Part shown: one piece after another, positions 1 through 11,331 of the stretch
Numbering within the stretch: the stretch's first letter is position 1
Layout: every line of letters begins with the position of its first letter
NCBI GenBank assembly: GCA_964623245.1
Contig: CAZUSS010000001.1
Span: 30,821 to 94,820, forward strand
Length of the DNA stretch: 64,000 nucleotides
Direction: 5' to 3'
From: an uncultured Syntrophomonadaceae bacterium
Lineage (GTDB): Bacteria > Bacillota > Syntrophomonadia > Syntrophomonadales > Syntrophomonadaceae
Made by a program: the position numbers and the translations under genes
The notes under the pieces: model-generated
Database searches by the model: none
What the model saw: only the letters and a program-made list of their open reading frames with translations
Told to the model about the DNA's origin: nothing

Positions 1-131
1 GTCGTATGATTAATTTGTAAGTCTGAGCCACTAACCTTGAAACCTTGTTCATTTAATATACGGGCAATCCCACTCATTCCTGCTCCAGCTATACCTACCA
101 TGTGGATCCATTGCCCAGAAAAAGCAGTCAT
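1..131 (-). CDS. murC: UDP-N-acetylmuramate--L-alanine ligase, N-terminal fragment (gene continues beyond the left edge)
   Basis: Not in the ORF track because it is partial. The reverse-strand ATG at 129-131 gives [38 protein letters not shown]..., a Mur-ligase N-terminal GxGxxG fold typical of MurC. It lies directly downstream of murG. Confidence 0.8.
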   Translation of the reverse strand, partial: MTAFSGQWIHMVGIAGAGMSGIARILNEQGFKVSGSDLQINHT

Positions 132-231
132 TTCTTCATCCCCTTTGAATATGTGAATATATTACATTGTATTGTATGCAAAATTAACAATAATGGTTAC
201 ATTCTAGGCAGCTTGTACTACCCACTTCTTT

Positions 232-1326
232 TTAATTAACAATTATACTAACAATGTCCTGCAAAGCATTAGGTTTTGCTTCTTTTAATAAATTATTTTT
301 CATGTTCCTAAGTTCGATTTCATTATAGCGCAGTTCCTCTACCTTTCTAAAAAGAGTATCCCCATCTAGAAACTCATCAATAACCATCCGAGCAGCATTT
401 TTATCCATAAGTGCCCTAGCGTTCTTTTCTTGGTGACCTTCAGCTGCATATGGATAAGGAACAAGGATAGCTGGCAATCCCAGTATGCTTAATTCAGCTA
501 GGGTGCTTGCACCAGCCCTACATACAGCTAAATCCGCGGCCGCTAAGGCCTCTTCGATATTATACATATAGGGAAACAATAATAGATTGCATTTTAATTT
601 ATTTAAATCTATATTGTTCTTTAATTCATTTTCAATCTGATTAAAGCTATTATTCCCAGTAATCCAAATTATTTGTAGATTATAGTCTTCCTTATATCTT
701 TCTATTAAATCCATCATAGCTCGATTAATACTAGCAGCTCCTCTGCTCCCACCAAATGCTAGTAAAGTAAACCTGTCATCTAGTTTTAAGTTTCTTTTAG
801 CCCTAGAGGAATTTACATTTAAAATTTCCGGACGAACCGGTAAACCAGTGACGATAGTTTTTTTGGCATTCATATCTTTTTGGGCCTCAGTAAAAGTTAA
901 CAAAGTATAATCCACCCTTTTGGCCAGATGGCGATTAGCCAAACCAGCAACAGCATTTTGTTCATGGATTATAGTTTTGCATTTAAAAAAGCTAGCTGAA
1001 AAAACTACGGGAAAGGAAACATAACCCCCAGTCCCCAATACCACATCAGGCTTAAATTCCTTTATTATTCCCCTGGCATCCATAAAGCTTTTGGGAAATT
1101 TCATCAGTGTTTTCGAGGCCTTTAGCATTGATGATCTATCTAAACCAGAAATATCAATGGATTTGAAATTATAACCAGCTTTGGGCACAATATCACCTTC
1201 TAGGCCTTTTTCGGTACCTACATATAATATTTCTACATCGGGGACTAGGCTTTTAACCCCTTCGGCAATAGCCAAAGCAGGATAGATATGCCCCCCAGTA
1301 CCACCGCCACTTAGTATTAATTTCAT
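232..1326 (-). CDS. murG: UDP-N-acetylglucosamine--N-acetylmuramyl-(pentapeptide) pyrophosphoryl-undecaprenol GlcNAc transferase
   Basis: N-terminal [13 protein letters not shown] motif of glycosyltransferase family 28. Position in the dcw cluster. Confidence 0.93.
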   Translation of the reverse strand: MKLILSGGGTGGHIYPALAIAEGVKSLVPDVEILYVGTEKGLEGDIVPKAGYNFKSIDISGLDRSSMLKASKTLMKFPKSFMDARGIIKEFKPDVVLGTGGYVSFPVVFSASFFKCKTIIHEQNAVAGLANRHLAKRVDYTLLTFTEAQKDMNAKKTIVTGLPVRPEILNVNSSRAKRNLKLDDRFTLLAFGGSRGAASINRAMMDLIERYKEDYNLQIIWITGNNSFNQIENELKNNIDLNKLKCNLLLFPYMYNIEEALAAADLAVCRAGASTLAELSILGLPAILVPYPYAAEGHQEKNARALMDKNAARMVIDEFLDGDTLFRKVEELRYNEIELRNMKNNLLKEAKPNALQDIVSIIVN

Positions 1327-1344
1327 TCTTAATAGCCCCCTTTT

Positions 1345-2445
1345 TTAACGACTATTGCTATACCTAGAAATATTAAGTAATAACCCCACGCCAGCCATAG
1401 TAAATAACAAGGAAGAACCCCCATAACTTATAAAGGGTAATGTTATCCCAGTTACAGGTAAGGCCCCAGAAACTACTCCTATATTTATAGCTGCTTGAAA
1501 CACTATCATAATTGTTATACCAGTAGCCAAAAGGCTACCAAAAGTATCAGGGGCCTTTATAGCTATTTTAAATCCACGCCAGGCAAATAATAAAAATAAA
1601 ATAATGACAAAAAACACCCCGATAAAACCTAATTCTTCACCTAAAATAGCAAAAATAAAGTCGGTGTGCTGTTCAGGTAAATAAAAAAACTTCTGCCTGC
1701 TCCTACCTAATCCCATCCCGAATAGGCCCCCAGAGCCTAATGCATAAAGTGACTGTATGGTCTGGAAACCCTCATCACTCGGATATTTCCAGGGATTGAG
1801 AAAGGCAATAAATCTTATCATTCGATAAGGTGCTAGGATAATTAGGCTAGCTAGGGCACCCACTCCTGATAAGGCTAAAAAGGCTAAGTGTGACGCCTTG
1901 GCACCTGCAGCTATAAGCATAAAAAAGACTGTGGCTGAAATAGCAAAAGCTGTGCCTAAGTCTGGTTGGGCTACGATTAATCCGCCTACTATGGCTAACA
2001 AAATTAAATAGGGTAAAACACCTGATTTAAATGATTTCATTTTATCCAGATTTACTTCCATGGTCTTGGCTAAAAACATAACCATAGTTAATTTAGCTAA
2101 TTCAGATGGTGTGAAACTTAAGAATCCGATCCCCAGCCACCTTGTAGCACCCTTAGCCGAGCTACCCAGGGGTGTAATGACCAGTACCAAACAAATTAAA
2201 GTAAAAACCATTAATGGAATAGCAGCACTTTTGAGTTTAAAATAATTTACCTTCATGATGACTATCATGGCTATCAGTCCGATTACGACCCACATCAACT
2301 GTTTTTTAAAAAAATAAAAGGCATCATCATATTTCATATTGGCAGTTACAGCACTAGAACTAAATACCATGACTAAGCCCAGGCTAATTAATATTAAGGT
2401 GGTAATAAACAAAACAAAGTCGGGTGGTCCCTTTTTTAATCTCAT
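1345..2445 (-). CDS. ftsW: SEDS-family peptidoglycan glycosyltransferase FtsW/SpoVE
   Basis: Polytopic membrane protein with SEDS motifs (GSGGLFGMGLG, LPVTGITLPFISYGGSS). I prefer the ATG at 2445 (GGGGGG 8 nt upstream) over the track start at 2481, which would overlap the murD stop. Confidence 0.88.
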   Translation of the reverse strand: MRLKKGPPDFVLFITTLILISLGLVMVFSSSAVTANMKYDDAFYFFKKQLMWVVIGLIAMIVIMKVNYFKLKSAAIPLMVFTLICLVLVITPLGSSAKGATRWLGIGFLSFTPSELAKLTMVMFLAKTMEVNLDKMKSFKSGVLPYLILLAIVGGLIVAQPDLGTAFAISATVFFMLIAAGAKASHLAFLALSGVGALASLIILAPYRMIRFIAFLNPWKYPSDEGFQTIQSLYALGSGGLFGMGLGRSRQKFFYLPEQHTDFIFAILGEELGFIGVFFVIILFLLFAWRGFKIAIKAPDTFGSLLATGITIMIVFQAAINIGVVSGALPVTGITLPFISYGGSSLLFTMAGVGLLLNISRYSNSR

Positions 2446-2467
2446 ACACAGTCCCCCCAGATAAAAC

Positions 2468-3838
2468 TTACTTGCCCCCACATATAGCGAGGACTATTTC
2501 GCGAAACAAGTCGCCCCTTTGCTCGTAATTATCAAACATATCCCAGCTAGCACAGGCAGGAGAAAGAAGAACTACATCCCCTACTTGGGATAAATGATGA
2601 GCTAGCCTAGTCCCTTCATCCAAACTATTTACTTCATAAATACTAGTATAATTCTGGGCAATGGCTGCAGATTTAATATCTTCCTTGGCCTCACCTAGTA
2701 AAATTAGTGCTTTTACTTTCGGGGATAATGCCCGGGCAAATTCATCGAAACTCGCCCCCTTATTCCTACCTCCGGCTATAAGTATAATCGGCTCAGAAAA
2801 GGCTTCTATGGCTTTTAAGGCCGACTCCGGATTAGTTGCCTTAGAGTCATTGACATAAATTACCCCATTATCTTCTGCAACTTCCTCCATGCGGTGCCTA
2901 ACACTAGTAAATGATTTAAGTGCTTTTGCTATATGTCTCGGTTCAACTTGGGCTGCCAAAGCCATAGCACTTGCACAAAGGATGTTTTCCAAATTATGTT
3001 TTCCTTTTAATAAAATCTCATCTACATTACATATATTTATTAAAGTATTATTGATATTAGCCATTATAATATTATCCTTAACGAATACACCTACATTAAG
3101 GGGCCGCTCACTAGAAAAATATATAATAGAGGCCTTTACTTCCTGGGTTAAATTTCTTAAAGTTTCATCTTCATAATTTAAGATGGCATAATCATTTGCA
3201 TCTTGATTAATAAAAATGTTGGATTTAGCCTTAATGTAAGCTGACATGGTCTTATGACGATCCAAATGATCTGGGGTGATATTTAAAATACTAGCAATAC
3301 TGGGCTTAAACTTATTTATCGTTTCCAATTGGAAACTAGACAGCTCCACAGATATAATACCCTTTTCCATGCTATCGGCTATTAGCGTTAGTGGAACCCC
3401 TATATTTCCTGCGGCTATAGCATTGATACCGCTTTCCTCCAGAATAGCCTGTAATAAAGCAGTAGTAGTGGTTTTGCCATTAGTTCCAGTTATGGCAAAT
3501 ATTTGTATACCGGGTTTTTTTATAAGAAAGGCCAATTCTACCTCCCCAATAATAGGAATCCCATGTTTAATTGCAAGCTGTACAGGCCCAATAGTAAGAG
3601 GAACACCAGGGCTAAGCACCAACATGTCATACCCTTCCTTTTCGACATCGGGATAGGTTCCGACTAGAGTTTCGATTTTATTTACTAGAAGTTCCTCCAT
3701 GATTTCCCGCATGGAATCAGGTTTTTTTATATCACATGCAATGACAATGGCACCCCTTTTAGCTAAAACCATAGCCGAGGCTACCCCGCTTTTCCCTAGG
3801 CCAATCACCAGTATTTTTTTATTTGCAAAATCCACCAA
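2468..3838 (-). CDS. murD: UDP-N-acetylmuramoylalanine--D-glutamate ligase
   Basis: N-terminal Rossmann GLGKSG, Mur-ligase P-loop GTNGKTTT. Sits between mraY and ftsW. Confidence 0.92.
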   Translation of the reverse strand: MVDFANKKILVIGLGKSGVASAMVLAKRGAIVIACDIKKPDSMREIMEELLVNKIETLVGTYPDVEKEGYDMLVLSPGVPLTIGPVQLAIKHGIPIIGEVELAFLIKKPGIQIFAITGTNGKTTTTALLQAILEESGINAIAAGNIGVPLTLIADSMEKGIISVELSSFQLETINKFKPSIASILNITPDHLDRHKTMSAYIKAKSNIFINQDANDYAILNYEDETLRNLTQEVKASIIYFSSERPLNVGVFVKDNIIMANINNTLINICNVDEILLKGKHNLENILCASAMALAAQVEPRHIAKALKSFTSVRHRMEEVAEDNGVIYVNDSKATNPESALKAIEAFSEPIILIAGGRNKGASFDEFARALSPKVKALILLGEAKEDIKSAAIAQNYTSIYEVNSLDEGTRLAHHLSQVGDVVLLSPACASWDMFDNYEQRGDLFREIVLAICGGK

Positions 3839-3859
3839 AAGAACACTCCCTCATACACA

Positions 3860-4834
3860 TCAACCAATACCCTTCAGCCCTAAAAGGCCTATTAAAATAA
3901 AAGCTAATGATAATAACCAAAAAAATCTTACTACTTTAGTTTCATGCCAACCTTTAAGTTCAAAATGATGATGAAGGGGGCTCATTAAAAACACCCTTTT
4001 GCCCCTGGTTTGATAAACCAGCACTTGGATAATTACACTTAAGGCCTCAATAACGTATACCCCGCCGATTAAGACTAAAGCTAATTCAGTTTTGGTTAGG
4101 GCTGCTATAGCTGCTATAGCCCCACCTAAAGCCATGGAGCCCGTATCACCCATAAAGACTTTGGCAGGATAGCGATTAAAAATCAAAAAACCTAAACAAG
4201 CACCTGCCAAGGCAAGACAAAAAATAAGCAGGCTATAATTTTTAGTCATTATAGATATTATTCCCATGGCAATAGCAACTAGGGATGTAACCCCACTAGC
4301 TAGACCATCTAAGCCATCGGTTAGATTAACTGCGTTTGAAGTACCCATTAATACTAGAATTAAAAAGGGTATATAAAAAATACCCAAATCTAATTGATAG
4401 CCTATAAAAGGCACAATTACAATAGTACCTCGATTAAAATATAAGATTAATAACAAGCCAAAAACTATGCCTATTAATAGTTGTAGTCCAAGTTTTTCAC
4501 GGGCTCTTAAACCTAAAGATCTTCTCAAGACAACTTTAATATAATCATCAAAAAACCCTATGGCCCCGAAAGCAAGCATAACAAATACTACTGCCAAAAC
4601 CTTAACATCTGCCCCTGCTATTATAAAATTGGCTACCATTACAGCAGTAATTATCATAATACCGCCCATAGTAGGAGTGCCAGCTTTGGCGTAATGTCTG
4701 GCGGGACCTTCCTCCCTTATGCTCTGCCCGACTTTCAATCTAGTTAAAAAGGGAATCAGAATCGGCCCCAGAATTATGGAAATTGTTATAGCTATTAATC
4801 CAGCCCAAAAGGATTGAAGTAATATCCCTGGCAT
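3860..4834 (-). CDS. mraY: phospho-N-acetylmuramoyl-pentapeptide transferase
   Basis: Polytopic protein with NLTDGLDGLA, DTGSMALGG and PLHHHFE motifs. Confidence 0.95.
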   Translation of the reverse strand: MPGILLQSFWAGLIAITISIILGPILIPFLTRLKVGQSIREEGPARHYAKAGTPTMGGIMIITAVMVANFIIAGADVKVLAVVFVMLAFGAIGFFDDYIKVVLRRSLGLRAREKLGLQLLIGIVFGLLLILYFNRGTIVIVPFIGYQLDLGIFYIPFLILVLMGTSNAVNLTDGLDGLASGVTSLVAIAMGIISIMTKNYSLLIFCLALAGACLGFLIFNRYPAKVFMGDTGSMALGGAIAAIAALTKTELALVLIGGVYVIEALSVIIQVLVYQTRGKRVFLMSPLHHHFELKGWHETKVVRFFWLLSLAFILIGLLGLKGIG

Positions 4835-4868
4835 CTACTTATACCCCTATCTCCAGTAAAATAAAAAA

Positions 4869-6257
4869 TTAAAGATTGAGCCATTCATTTATTAGTTTTT
4901 CCAACTCTAAACCCCTGGATGCCTTGAATAAAACTACATCTGTCTTTTTAAGATTATGACGTATGTAAGACAAAGATTCAGATTTATTGGAAAAAGGATA
5001 AATATTTGATTCTTCCATACCTTTAGCAATAGCCCCTTCAGCAATGAGTTTAGCCCTATCACCTATAGTTATGAGTTTATCCACATGGCTAGCGACTACA
5101 TATCCCCCGACTTCCAAATGTCCCTTTTCTTCATAGGGTCCTAATTCAAACATATCCCCTAATACTGCCACTAACCTATTATTACCTTTAAGCTCCGCAG
5201 CTGTTTCTAGTGCTGCTTGCATAGAAAGTGGATTGGCATTATAGGTATCATTTATTAATATACCGCCTTCTGGTAGATAGGTGATTTGTAAGCGGTTCCC
5301 AGTTGGTTGGTAAGCCCCTATTTGGGTAGTAGATTCCTGCAAGGGAACCCCCAAAATATAGGCGGCACCTATAGCTGCTACTACATTCAAAGCTAATCTT
5401 GGTGCCGGTATGGGAAACTTTAATTCCACTGTCTTTTTTAGAATTTGCATAGTAATAAACATACCACTTTTATCACTAGTAGTATCTACTAATTTAAAAT
5501 CACAATCATCATTATAGCCAAATGTATATATTCTACAAGGATAGGTATTAGCTCTTTCCAGTAATGGTTGGTTGTCACCATTTACTAGGGCGAAATCTTG
5601 GGCTGTTAAGGTTTCTAACACCTCACATTTAGCTTTTATAATGTTGTCAATATTACCTAAGTTCTCTAAGTGGACCAATTCAGCATTAGTAATAATAGCA
5701 CAGGTAGGTCGGGCAATATTAACTAAGCGAGAAATTTCCCCTAGGCCCCTCATGGCTAGCTCAACTACAGCTAAATCGTGCTTTTCCTCTATTCTCAACA
5801 GGGTTAAGGGCAGTCCAATATCATTATTATAATTACCTTTAGTATATAGGGTTTCATATGTAGTTTTGAGACATTGATAGAGTAACTCTTTAGTGGTAGT
5901 TTTGCCCACACTTCCGGTAATAGCCACCAAGGGTATATTGAATTCTTGTCTATATGCCTTAGCTATCTGCTGAAGTGCCAGTAAGGTATCTTTTACTAAT
6001 ATTAACACTTTATCTTGGAACTTTGTAATATCGAGCTTGTCTAGCGAGGAAACTATCGCTACACTAGCCCCTTTATCTAGGACCTCAGCCACGAAGTCAT
6101 GTCCATCAAATTTATTCCCTTCAATAGCTATAAATAAGGTATTGGTGCTTATTTCTTGGCGCGAATCAATAATTATCTCCTTGATAATTGGATCAGCTTG
6201 CCCTAATTTACGGCCTTGGCAGCTTTCAATAATAAAATCTAATGCATATGTAGACAT
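4869..6257 (-). CDS. murF: UDP-N-acetylmuramoyl-tripeptide--D-alanyl-D-alanine ligase
   Basis: Mur-ligase P-loop GSVGKTTTKE. Sits between murE and mraY. Confidence 0.9.
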   Translation of the reverse strand: MSTYALDFIIESCQGRKLGQADPIIKEIIIDSRQEISTNTLFIAIEGNKFDGHDFVAEVLDKGASVAIVSSLDKLDITKFQDKVLILVKDTLLALQQIAKAYRQEFNIPLVAITGSVGKTTTKELLYQCLKTTYETLYTKGNYNNDIGLPLTLLRIEEKHDLAVVELAMRGLGEISRLVNIARPTCAIITNAELVHLENLGNIDNIIKAKCEVLETLTAQDFALVNGDNQPLLERANTYPCRIYTFGYNDDCDFKLVDTTSDKSGMFITMQILKKTVELKFPIPAPRLALNVVAAIGAAYILGVPLQESTTQIGAYQPTGNRLQITYLPEGGILINDTYNANPLSMQAALETAAELKGNNRLVAVLGDMFELGPYEEKGHLEVGGYVVASHVDKLITIGDRAKLIAEGAIAKGMEESNIYPFSNKSESLSYIRHNLKKTDVVLFKASRGLELEKLINEWLNL

Positions 6258-7724
6258 TTAACCTAACTCCCTCAATACTTCCCGTACTACTTGGCGATCA
6301 TCAAAGTCTATGGTTTTATCACCTATTATTTGATATGTTTCATGGCCCTTACCCGCTATTATAATCACATCCCCCTCTTTAGCTATAAATAGTGTATGTT
6401 TAATAGCCTCCCTACGATCAATAACTATTGCATATCTAGAACCTTCTACCATATTGAGTCCAGGTATTATATCATCGATAATAGCTTGTGGGTCCTCGGT
6501 TCGAGGGTTGTCAGAAGTAACCACACAGAAATCACTGTATGAAGCAGCTATCTGCCCCATTAGCGGGCGTTTAGTCCTGTCTCTATCTCCACCGCAACCG
6601 AAAACCGTTATTAATCTATTCTTAGTTATTTCACTAGCAGTCTTTAAAATATTTTCCAAACCATCAGGGGTATGTGCATAGTCAACTATAACCTGAAAAT
6701 TCTTATTAACATTGACTAATTCAAACCGACCTGAAACACCAGAGAATTTTGCCAAAGCCTTTTGGATAAGACTTATTTCGATACCTTGTTTTATGGCAAA
6801 AGCTATGGCGGCTAAAGCATTATAAACATTAAAAACTCCCAACATCTTGAGCCGAATGGGGAAACTCTTGTTATTATAGCTTACTGTAAAGCTAGTTCCA
6901 GTATAACCTGTTACGACTTCAGTAGCCCTAACATCAGCTGCTTTATTAATAGCATAGGTAATGGACTTGCCCTCTGATGCTGCTATAAAAGAGTTGGCAT
7001 TTGCATCATCTATATTAACTATACCAAAGCTATCTTTTTCTTGCCCTAACCTGCTAAAAAGTTTTAGTTTGGCATTTTTATATGCTTCCATATCTTTATG
7101 ATAATCCAAATGTTCTTGACTTAGGTTGGAATATACAACACTATTGAATTTCAAGCAATCTACTCGGCTTAAATCCAGGGCATGCGAAGAAACTTCCATT
7201 ACCACGTGATCAGCCTTCTCTTTTAGGGCTAAACTAAGAAATTCCTCTATTTCTGGGGCTTCAGGAGTTGTATGTGGTATGATTTTTTCAATTTCACCCA
7301 CTTTTGCATACAAGGTACCCAATATGCCAACTTTTTGTCCAGCCTCCTCTAAAATAGCCTTAATTAAATGGCTAATAGTGGTCTTACCATTAGTCCCTGT
7401 TACCCCAATCAGATTGAGATTTAAGGAGGGATGCTTATAAAAATTTGCCGCAATTTTAGCCATGACTTTGCGCGTGTCGGGGACCCTTATCAAGGTAGTC
7501 TGGGGTAGTCCTATCCCCTTATCTTGAACTAAAATAGCAGTTGCCCCGTTATTTATCGCCTCTTGAATATAATTATGTCCATCAGTCTTAAAGCCTTTAA
7601 TAGATATAAACAAAAAATTAGATTCAACTTTACGTGAATCATAGGCAATGCCTTCAATTTCCAGATCAAGATTCCCATGCAATAAATCAAAATTTATATC
7701 TTTTAAAAGATGACTAAGTTTCAC
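6258..7724 (-). CDS. murE: UDP-N-acetylmuramoyl-L-alanyl-D-glutamate--2,6-diaminopimelate (or L-lysine) ligase
   Basis: GTNGKTT P-loop and a C-terminal TSDNPRTEDP (DNPR) motif. The stop abuts the murF start. Confidence 0.9.
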   Translation of the reverse strand: MKLSHLLKDINFDLLHGNLDLEIEGIAYDSRKVESNFLFISIKGFKTDGHNYIQEAINNGATAILVQDKGIGLPQTTLIRVPDTRKVMAKIAANFYKHPSLNLNLIGVTGTNGKTTISHLIKAILEEAGQKVGILGTLYAKVGEIEKIIPHTTPEAPEIEEFLSLALKEKADHVVMEVSSHALDLSRVDCLKFNSVVYSNLSQEHLDYHKDMEAYKNAKLKLFSRLGQEKDSFGIVNIDDANANSFIAASEGKSITYAINKAADVRATEVVTGYTGTSFTVSYNNKSFPIRLKMLGVFNVYNALAAIAFAIKQGIEISLIQKALAKFSGVSGRFELVNVNKNFQVIVDYAHTPDGLENILKTASEITKNRLITVFGCGGDRDRTKRPLMGQIAASYSDFCVVTSDNPRTEDPQAIIDDIIPGLNMVEGSRYAIVIDRREAIKHTLFIAKEGDVIIIAGKGHETYQIIGDKTIDFDDRQVVREVLRELG

Positions 7725-7742
7725 GATAGGCCCTCCTTTATC

Positions 7743-9872
7743 TTATTCACCTACTGGTTGAAATTTTACCTTTATACTTGAACCAACCGCTAGCACCTTA
7801 CCTGGTTCTGGGGATTGTTCATAAGCTAGACCATAGCCTTCCGGAATAAGATGTAGTCCTAAATCAGCTAATATTTTAGCTACCTCTTTCATGGATTTAC
7901 CTTGTAAATTGGGTATAGTTACTTCACCTGAATCCTGATTGGGTTCTAAAGGCGAAAGATTAATAATAACTTGGGCACCATAGGCTAATTTACTATTAGG
8001 TTCAGGAGTCTGTTGCCAGACAATATTGCCCATACCACTTACTTTCACCTGTAATCCTCTGCTATTCATAATTGCAGTGGCTTCATTTAAGGGTAGGTTT
8101 ACAACATCTGGCACTACTACACGGTTTTCTACTACTTTTTCATCCGAATTTTCTGTAGTTTCGTATAATGGAACTTCTAGATATCTTAAGGTGTCTTTTA
8201 TGATCTCACGAAATGCAGGGGCTGCCACCCAACCACCATAATAGGGATAGCCCTGAGGCGCATCTACCACAACTATACAAGCAATTCTAGGTTCATCAGC
8301 AGGGGCAAAGCCAATAAAAGAAGCCACATATTCATTAGACATATAACCACCAGTAGGGGACACCTTTTGGGCTGTACCTGTTTTACCAGCTACCTGATAT
8401 CCCTCAATATAGGCATTCCTTCCTGTACCGTTGGTTACTACCCCCTCTAAAACTGTCCTTAATTGTTTAGAAACTTCAGGGGAAATTACTTCCTTGACTA
8501 CTTTGGGGTTATAAGATTTAATTACTTCACCATCACTGTCGATAACCTGTTTGACTAAGTGGGGCTGCATTAATTTCCCGTCATTAGCAACTGTTGCAAC
8601 GGCATTTAATAGTTGCATGGGTGTAACTGCATTTGCTTGCCCCATAGACATGGTGGCTAAATCAATTTGTTTAGCTTCCTTGGGATTTACCAGAATCCCT
8701 AGGGCCTCACCGGGCAGATCCACGCCAGTTGCCTGACCGAAACCAAAATCACCTAGATACTTGTAAAAAGTAGGTATCCCGATATCCAATCCTATTTCCA
8801 CAAAAGCAACATTACAAGAATTCTCCACCACCTGTGGAAATACCTGACTGCCATGTGCTTTTCTATCAGAACATCCTATAGTTTCGCGCCCTACCTTGAC
8901 ATAGCCGGGGCAAAAAAACTTCCTATCTGCAGAAACTACCTTTTCCTCCAAGGCTATGGCTGCTGTAACAATCTTCATGGTTGAACCTGGTTCATAAGCA
9001 TCATTAATAGCAAAATTACGTCTGTTTTTAGCTGGGTATTCTTCATACTTGTTTGGATCAAAGGTTGGTCGTGAGGTCATGGCCAGAATTTCGCCTGTTT
9101 TAGTATCCATTACAATCGCACAGGCCGATTTAGCATTCCTTTCCTCAAAAACCTTGGATATTTCCCTTTCGGTTATATATTGTATAGTTTCGTCAATGGT
9201 CAGTACCAGATTAGCCCCATCAGTAGGTGGGATAAACTTGTGAGTTGCCTCTGGTATCGGCCTCCCACCCCCATCATGCTCTATAATAATTCTTCCCTTA
9301 GTTCCACCAATTAAATCATTATAAAAGAAATCAACACCTTCAAGCCCAGTATTATCAACCCCAGATATCCCCAAAATATGACTGGCTAAGGTACCCTTGG
9401 GATAATGCCTCCGGCTTTCTTCGGTAAAGCCAATTCCGGGTAAATCCAATTCACGTAATAACTTCGTTTTTTCGGGCTCTACTTGCCTTTTTACCCATTC
9501 GAATGAACTCCTGCGTGTTATGCGCTTATATACATCTTCTGCATCCAGTTCCAGAACCTGGGCAAGTTTTTGGGCGATTTCTTTATCAGTAATATTTTTG
9601 GCTATTATAACTTCAGCTGGTATAGCATAAATCGAGTCAGCACTAACCGAGATAGCCAGGTCATTACCATTGCGATCATAAATAGTTCCCCTTTTCGATT
9701 CTACCGGAATGTCGCGCATTCTGTTTTGTAAAGCTTTTTCAGATAGTTCTGCACCCCGAACAAATTGTACCCAAAAGACTCTGGCACCTAAGAAAAATAA
9801 GACCAGTGAAAACAAGAAAAAAAGCGTAGCAATACGCTTTCTCACCATATAATTTGTACTTTTCAAAGCCAT
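7743..9872 (-). CDS. class B penicillin-binding protein (FtsI/PBP2B/SpoVD family) with two C-terminal PASTA repeats
   Basis: N-terminal TM anchor, transpeptidase motifs GSTMK (SxxK) and AGKTGTA (KTG). Two PASTA-like repeats follow (VVVPDVVNLPLNEA... and VTIPNLQGKSMKEV...). Confidence 0.9.
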   Translation of the reverse strand: MALKSTNYMVRKRIATLFFLFSLVLFFLGARVFWVQFVRGAELSEKALQNRMRDIPVESKRGTIYDRNGNDLAISVSADSIYAIPAEVIIAKNITDKEIAQKLAQVLELDAEDVYKRITRRSSFEWVKRQVEPEKTKLLRELDLPGIGFTEESRRHYPKGTLASHILGISGVDNTGLEGVDFFYNDLIGGTKGRIIIEHDGGGRPIPEATHKFIPPTDGANLVLTIDETIQYITEREISKVFEERNAKSACAIVMDTKTGEILAMTSRPTFDPNKYEEYPAKNRRNFAINDAYEPGSTMKIVTAAIALEEKVVSADRKFFCPGYVKVGRETIGCSDRKAHGSQVFPQVVENSCNVAFVEIGLDIGIPTFYKYLGDFGFGQATGVDLPGEALGILVNPKEAKQIDLATMSMGQANAVTPMQLLNAVATVANDGKLMQPHLVKQVIDSDGEVIKSYNPKVVKEVISPEVSKQLRTVLEGVVTNGTGRNAYIEGYQVAGKTGTAQKVSPTGGYMSNEYVASFIGFAPADEPRIACIVVVDAPQGYPYYGGWVAAPAFREIIKDTLRYLEVPLYETTENSDEKVVENRVVVPDVVNLPLNEATAIMNSRGLQVKVSGMGNIVWQQTPEPNSKLAYGAQVIINLSPLEPNQDSGEVTIPNLQGKSMKEVAKILADLGLHLIPEGYGLAYEQSPEPGKVLAVGSSIKVKFQPVGE

Positions 9873-9891
9873 GCCACCTCACATTTTATAA

Positions 9892-10374
9892 TTAATCTTT
9901 CTGGGCAAGTAATAGTAAGTTCGCATAAATTTTATATAGGGGTTTTGTTTCCAATTGAGCCAGCTCATCATCGTTCATACTTGTTTCCCCTCCTGCCCCT
10001 GCAGTTACCGTAGACGTAGAAAGGGCTATCGCTAATTGCTGCTCCGGCTTATGCATATTTAATTGATTAATTGCTATATATTCAACCTTATCCAAGGAAC
10101 AGTTTTCCTGAATACTATATTGTAATCCAGCATTCTGGGATTCGTGAAATTTAATTTCCTTTTCCAATTCAACTATTTGATAGCCCAATGTAGCACCTTT
10201 AATACATAAGAATACTAGAATAAGTGCATAAATAAAAGCAAAACCAGTTAAATTTATAATTAACTTTCTGCCATAGTTAACCTTCTTGTAGGTCTTCTTA
10301 ACTTTTCTTACGGGAGTTGGTTCTTGTGCTACTTGCTCCCAATGCTTAGACCAATCATACTGTGCCTGTACCAT
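9892..10374 (-). CDS. ftsL: FtsL-like cell division protein (single TM plus coiled coil)
   Basis: Bitopic protein (TM LIINLTGFAFIYALILVFLCI followed by a heptad region) in the canonical slot between rsmH and the PBP. At 160 aa it is longer than typical FtsL. Confidence 0.7.
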   Translation of the reverse strand: MVQAQYDWSKHWEQVAQEPTPVRKVKKTYKKVNYGRKLIINLTGFAFIYALILVFLCIKGATLGYQIVELEKEIKFHESQNAGLQYSIQENCSLDKVEYIAINQLNMHKPEQQLAIALSTSTVTAGAGGETSMNDDELAQLETKPLYKIYANLLLLAQKD

Positions 10375-10401
10375 ACTATTCCGTCCTCCCCATATATAGA
10401 A

Positions 10402-11328
10402 CTATATTTTTATAGCTACGCGGAGTTTTGCGCTCCTAGCCCGGATGTTTTGTTCACATTCTATTTCACTGGGTTGCCAAGGTTTTCTATTCTCCAATCT
10501 GAGTGTAGGTTCATGATTACAAGTACAAATAGGTAGCCCAGGCGGGCATATACAATCTTTAGTTTGTTCTACAAAAAAATGCTTTACTATTCTGTCCTCC
10601 AAAGAATGGAATGTAATAATACAAAGCCTACCATTGGGATAAAGACTCTGTACTGCTTGAGGTAACACTTCCTCTAAAGCATCTAATTCACCATTAACTG
10701 CAATCCTGATAGCCTGGAAACTTTTTCTGCCTGGGTGTTTAGCCCGTCTATAAGAGGCTGGAACTGCTGATTTTATTATTTCTACTAACTCCAAAGTAGT
10801 CTCAATGCTTTTGTCAGCACGATATGCTACAATAGCACGAGCAATCCGACGGGAATATCTTTCCTCTCCATATTTCCACAAAATATCTGCTATTTCCCCT
10901 TCGGAATATCTATTAACTAATTCTTGAGCGGTAAATTCCTGCTGTCTGTCCATCCTCATATCTAATAAGGCATCCTCATGGAAACTAAAGCCCCTATGAC
11001 TTTCATCTAATTGAAATGAAGAAACACCCAAATCAATTAGAATTCCGTGCACCTTATTTATATTGAGTTCCCGCAATATAGAGGTTAAGTTCCTAAAGTC
11101 ATTGTGTACATAGGCAATATTGGGTGCATCTATTTTCTGGCGGGTCCTTTCTATAATATCCGCATCTTTATCAATAGCAATAATTCTTGCACCTTTTTCC
11201 AACCTGTTTAATAATTCCTGGAGGTGTCCACCCCCACCTAAAGTGCAATCTACATATATACCCTTAGGATCACTTACTAAATTCTCTACGGTTTCATTCA
11301 GTAACACTGGTATATGCAAATAATCCAA
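10402..11328 (-). CDS. rsmH: 16S rRNA (cytosine1402-N4)-methyltransferase
   Basis: SAM-binding DCTLGGGGH motif. Full-length MraW family protein directly after mraZ. Confidence 0.95.
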   Translation of the reverse strand: MDYLHIPVLLNETVENLVSDPKGIYVDCTLGGGGHLQELLNRLEKGARIIAIDKDADIIERTRQKIDAPNIAYVHNDFRNLTSILRELNINKVHGILIDLGVSSFQLDESHRGFSFHEDALLDMRMDRQQEFTAQELVNRYSEGEIADILWKYGEERYSRRIARAIVAYRADKSIETTLELVEIIKSAVPASYRRAKHPGRKSFQAIRIAVNGELDALEEVLPQAVQSLYPNGRLCIITFHSLEDRIVKHFFVEQTKDCICPPGLPICTCNHEPTLRLENRKPWQPSEIECEQNIRARSAKLRVAIKI

Positions 11329-11331
11329 CTC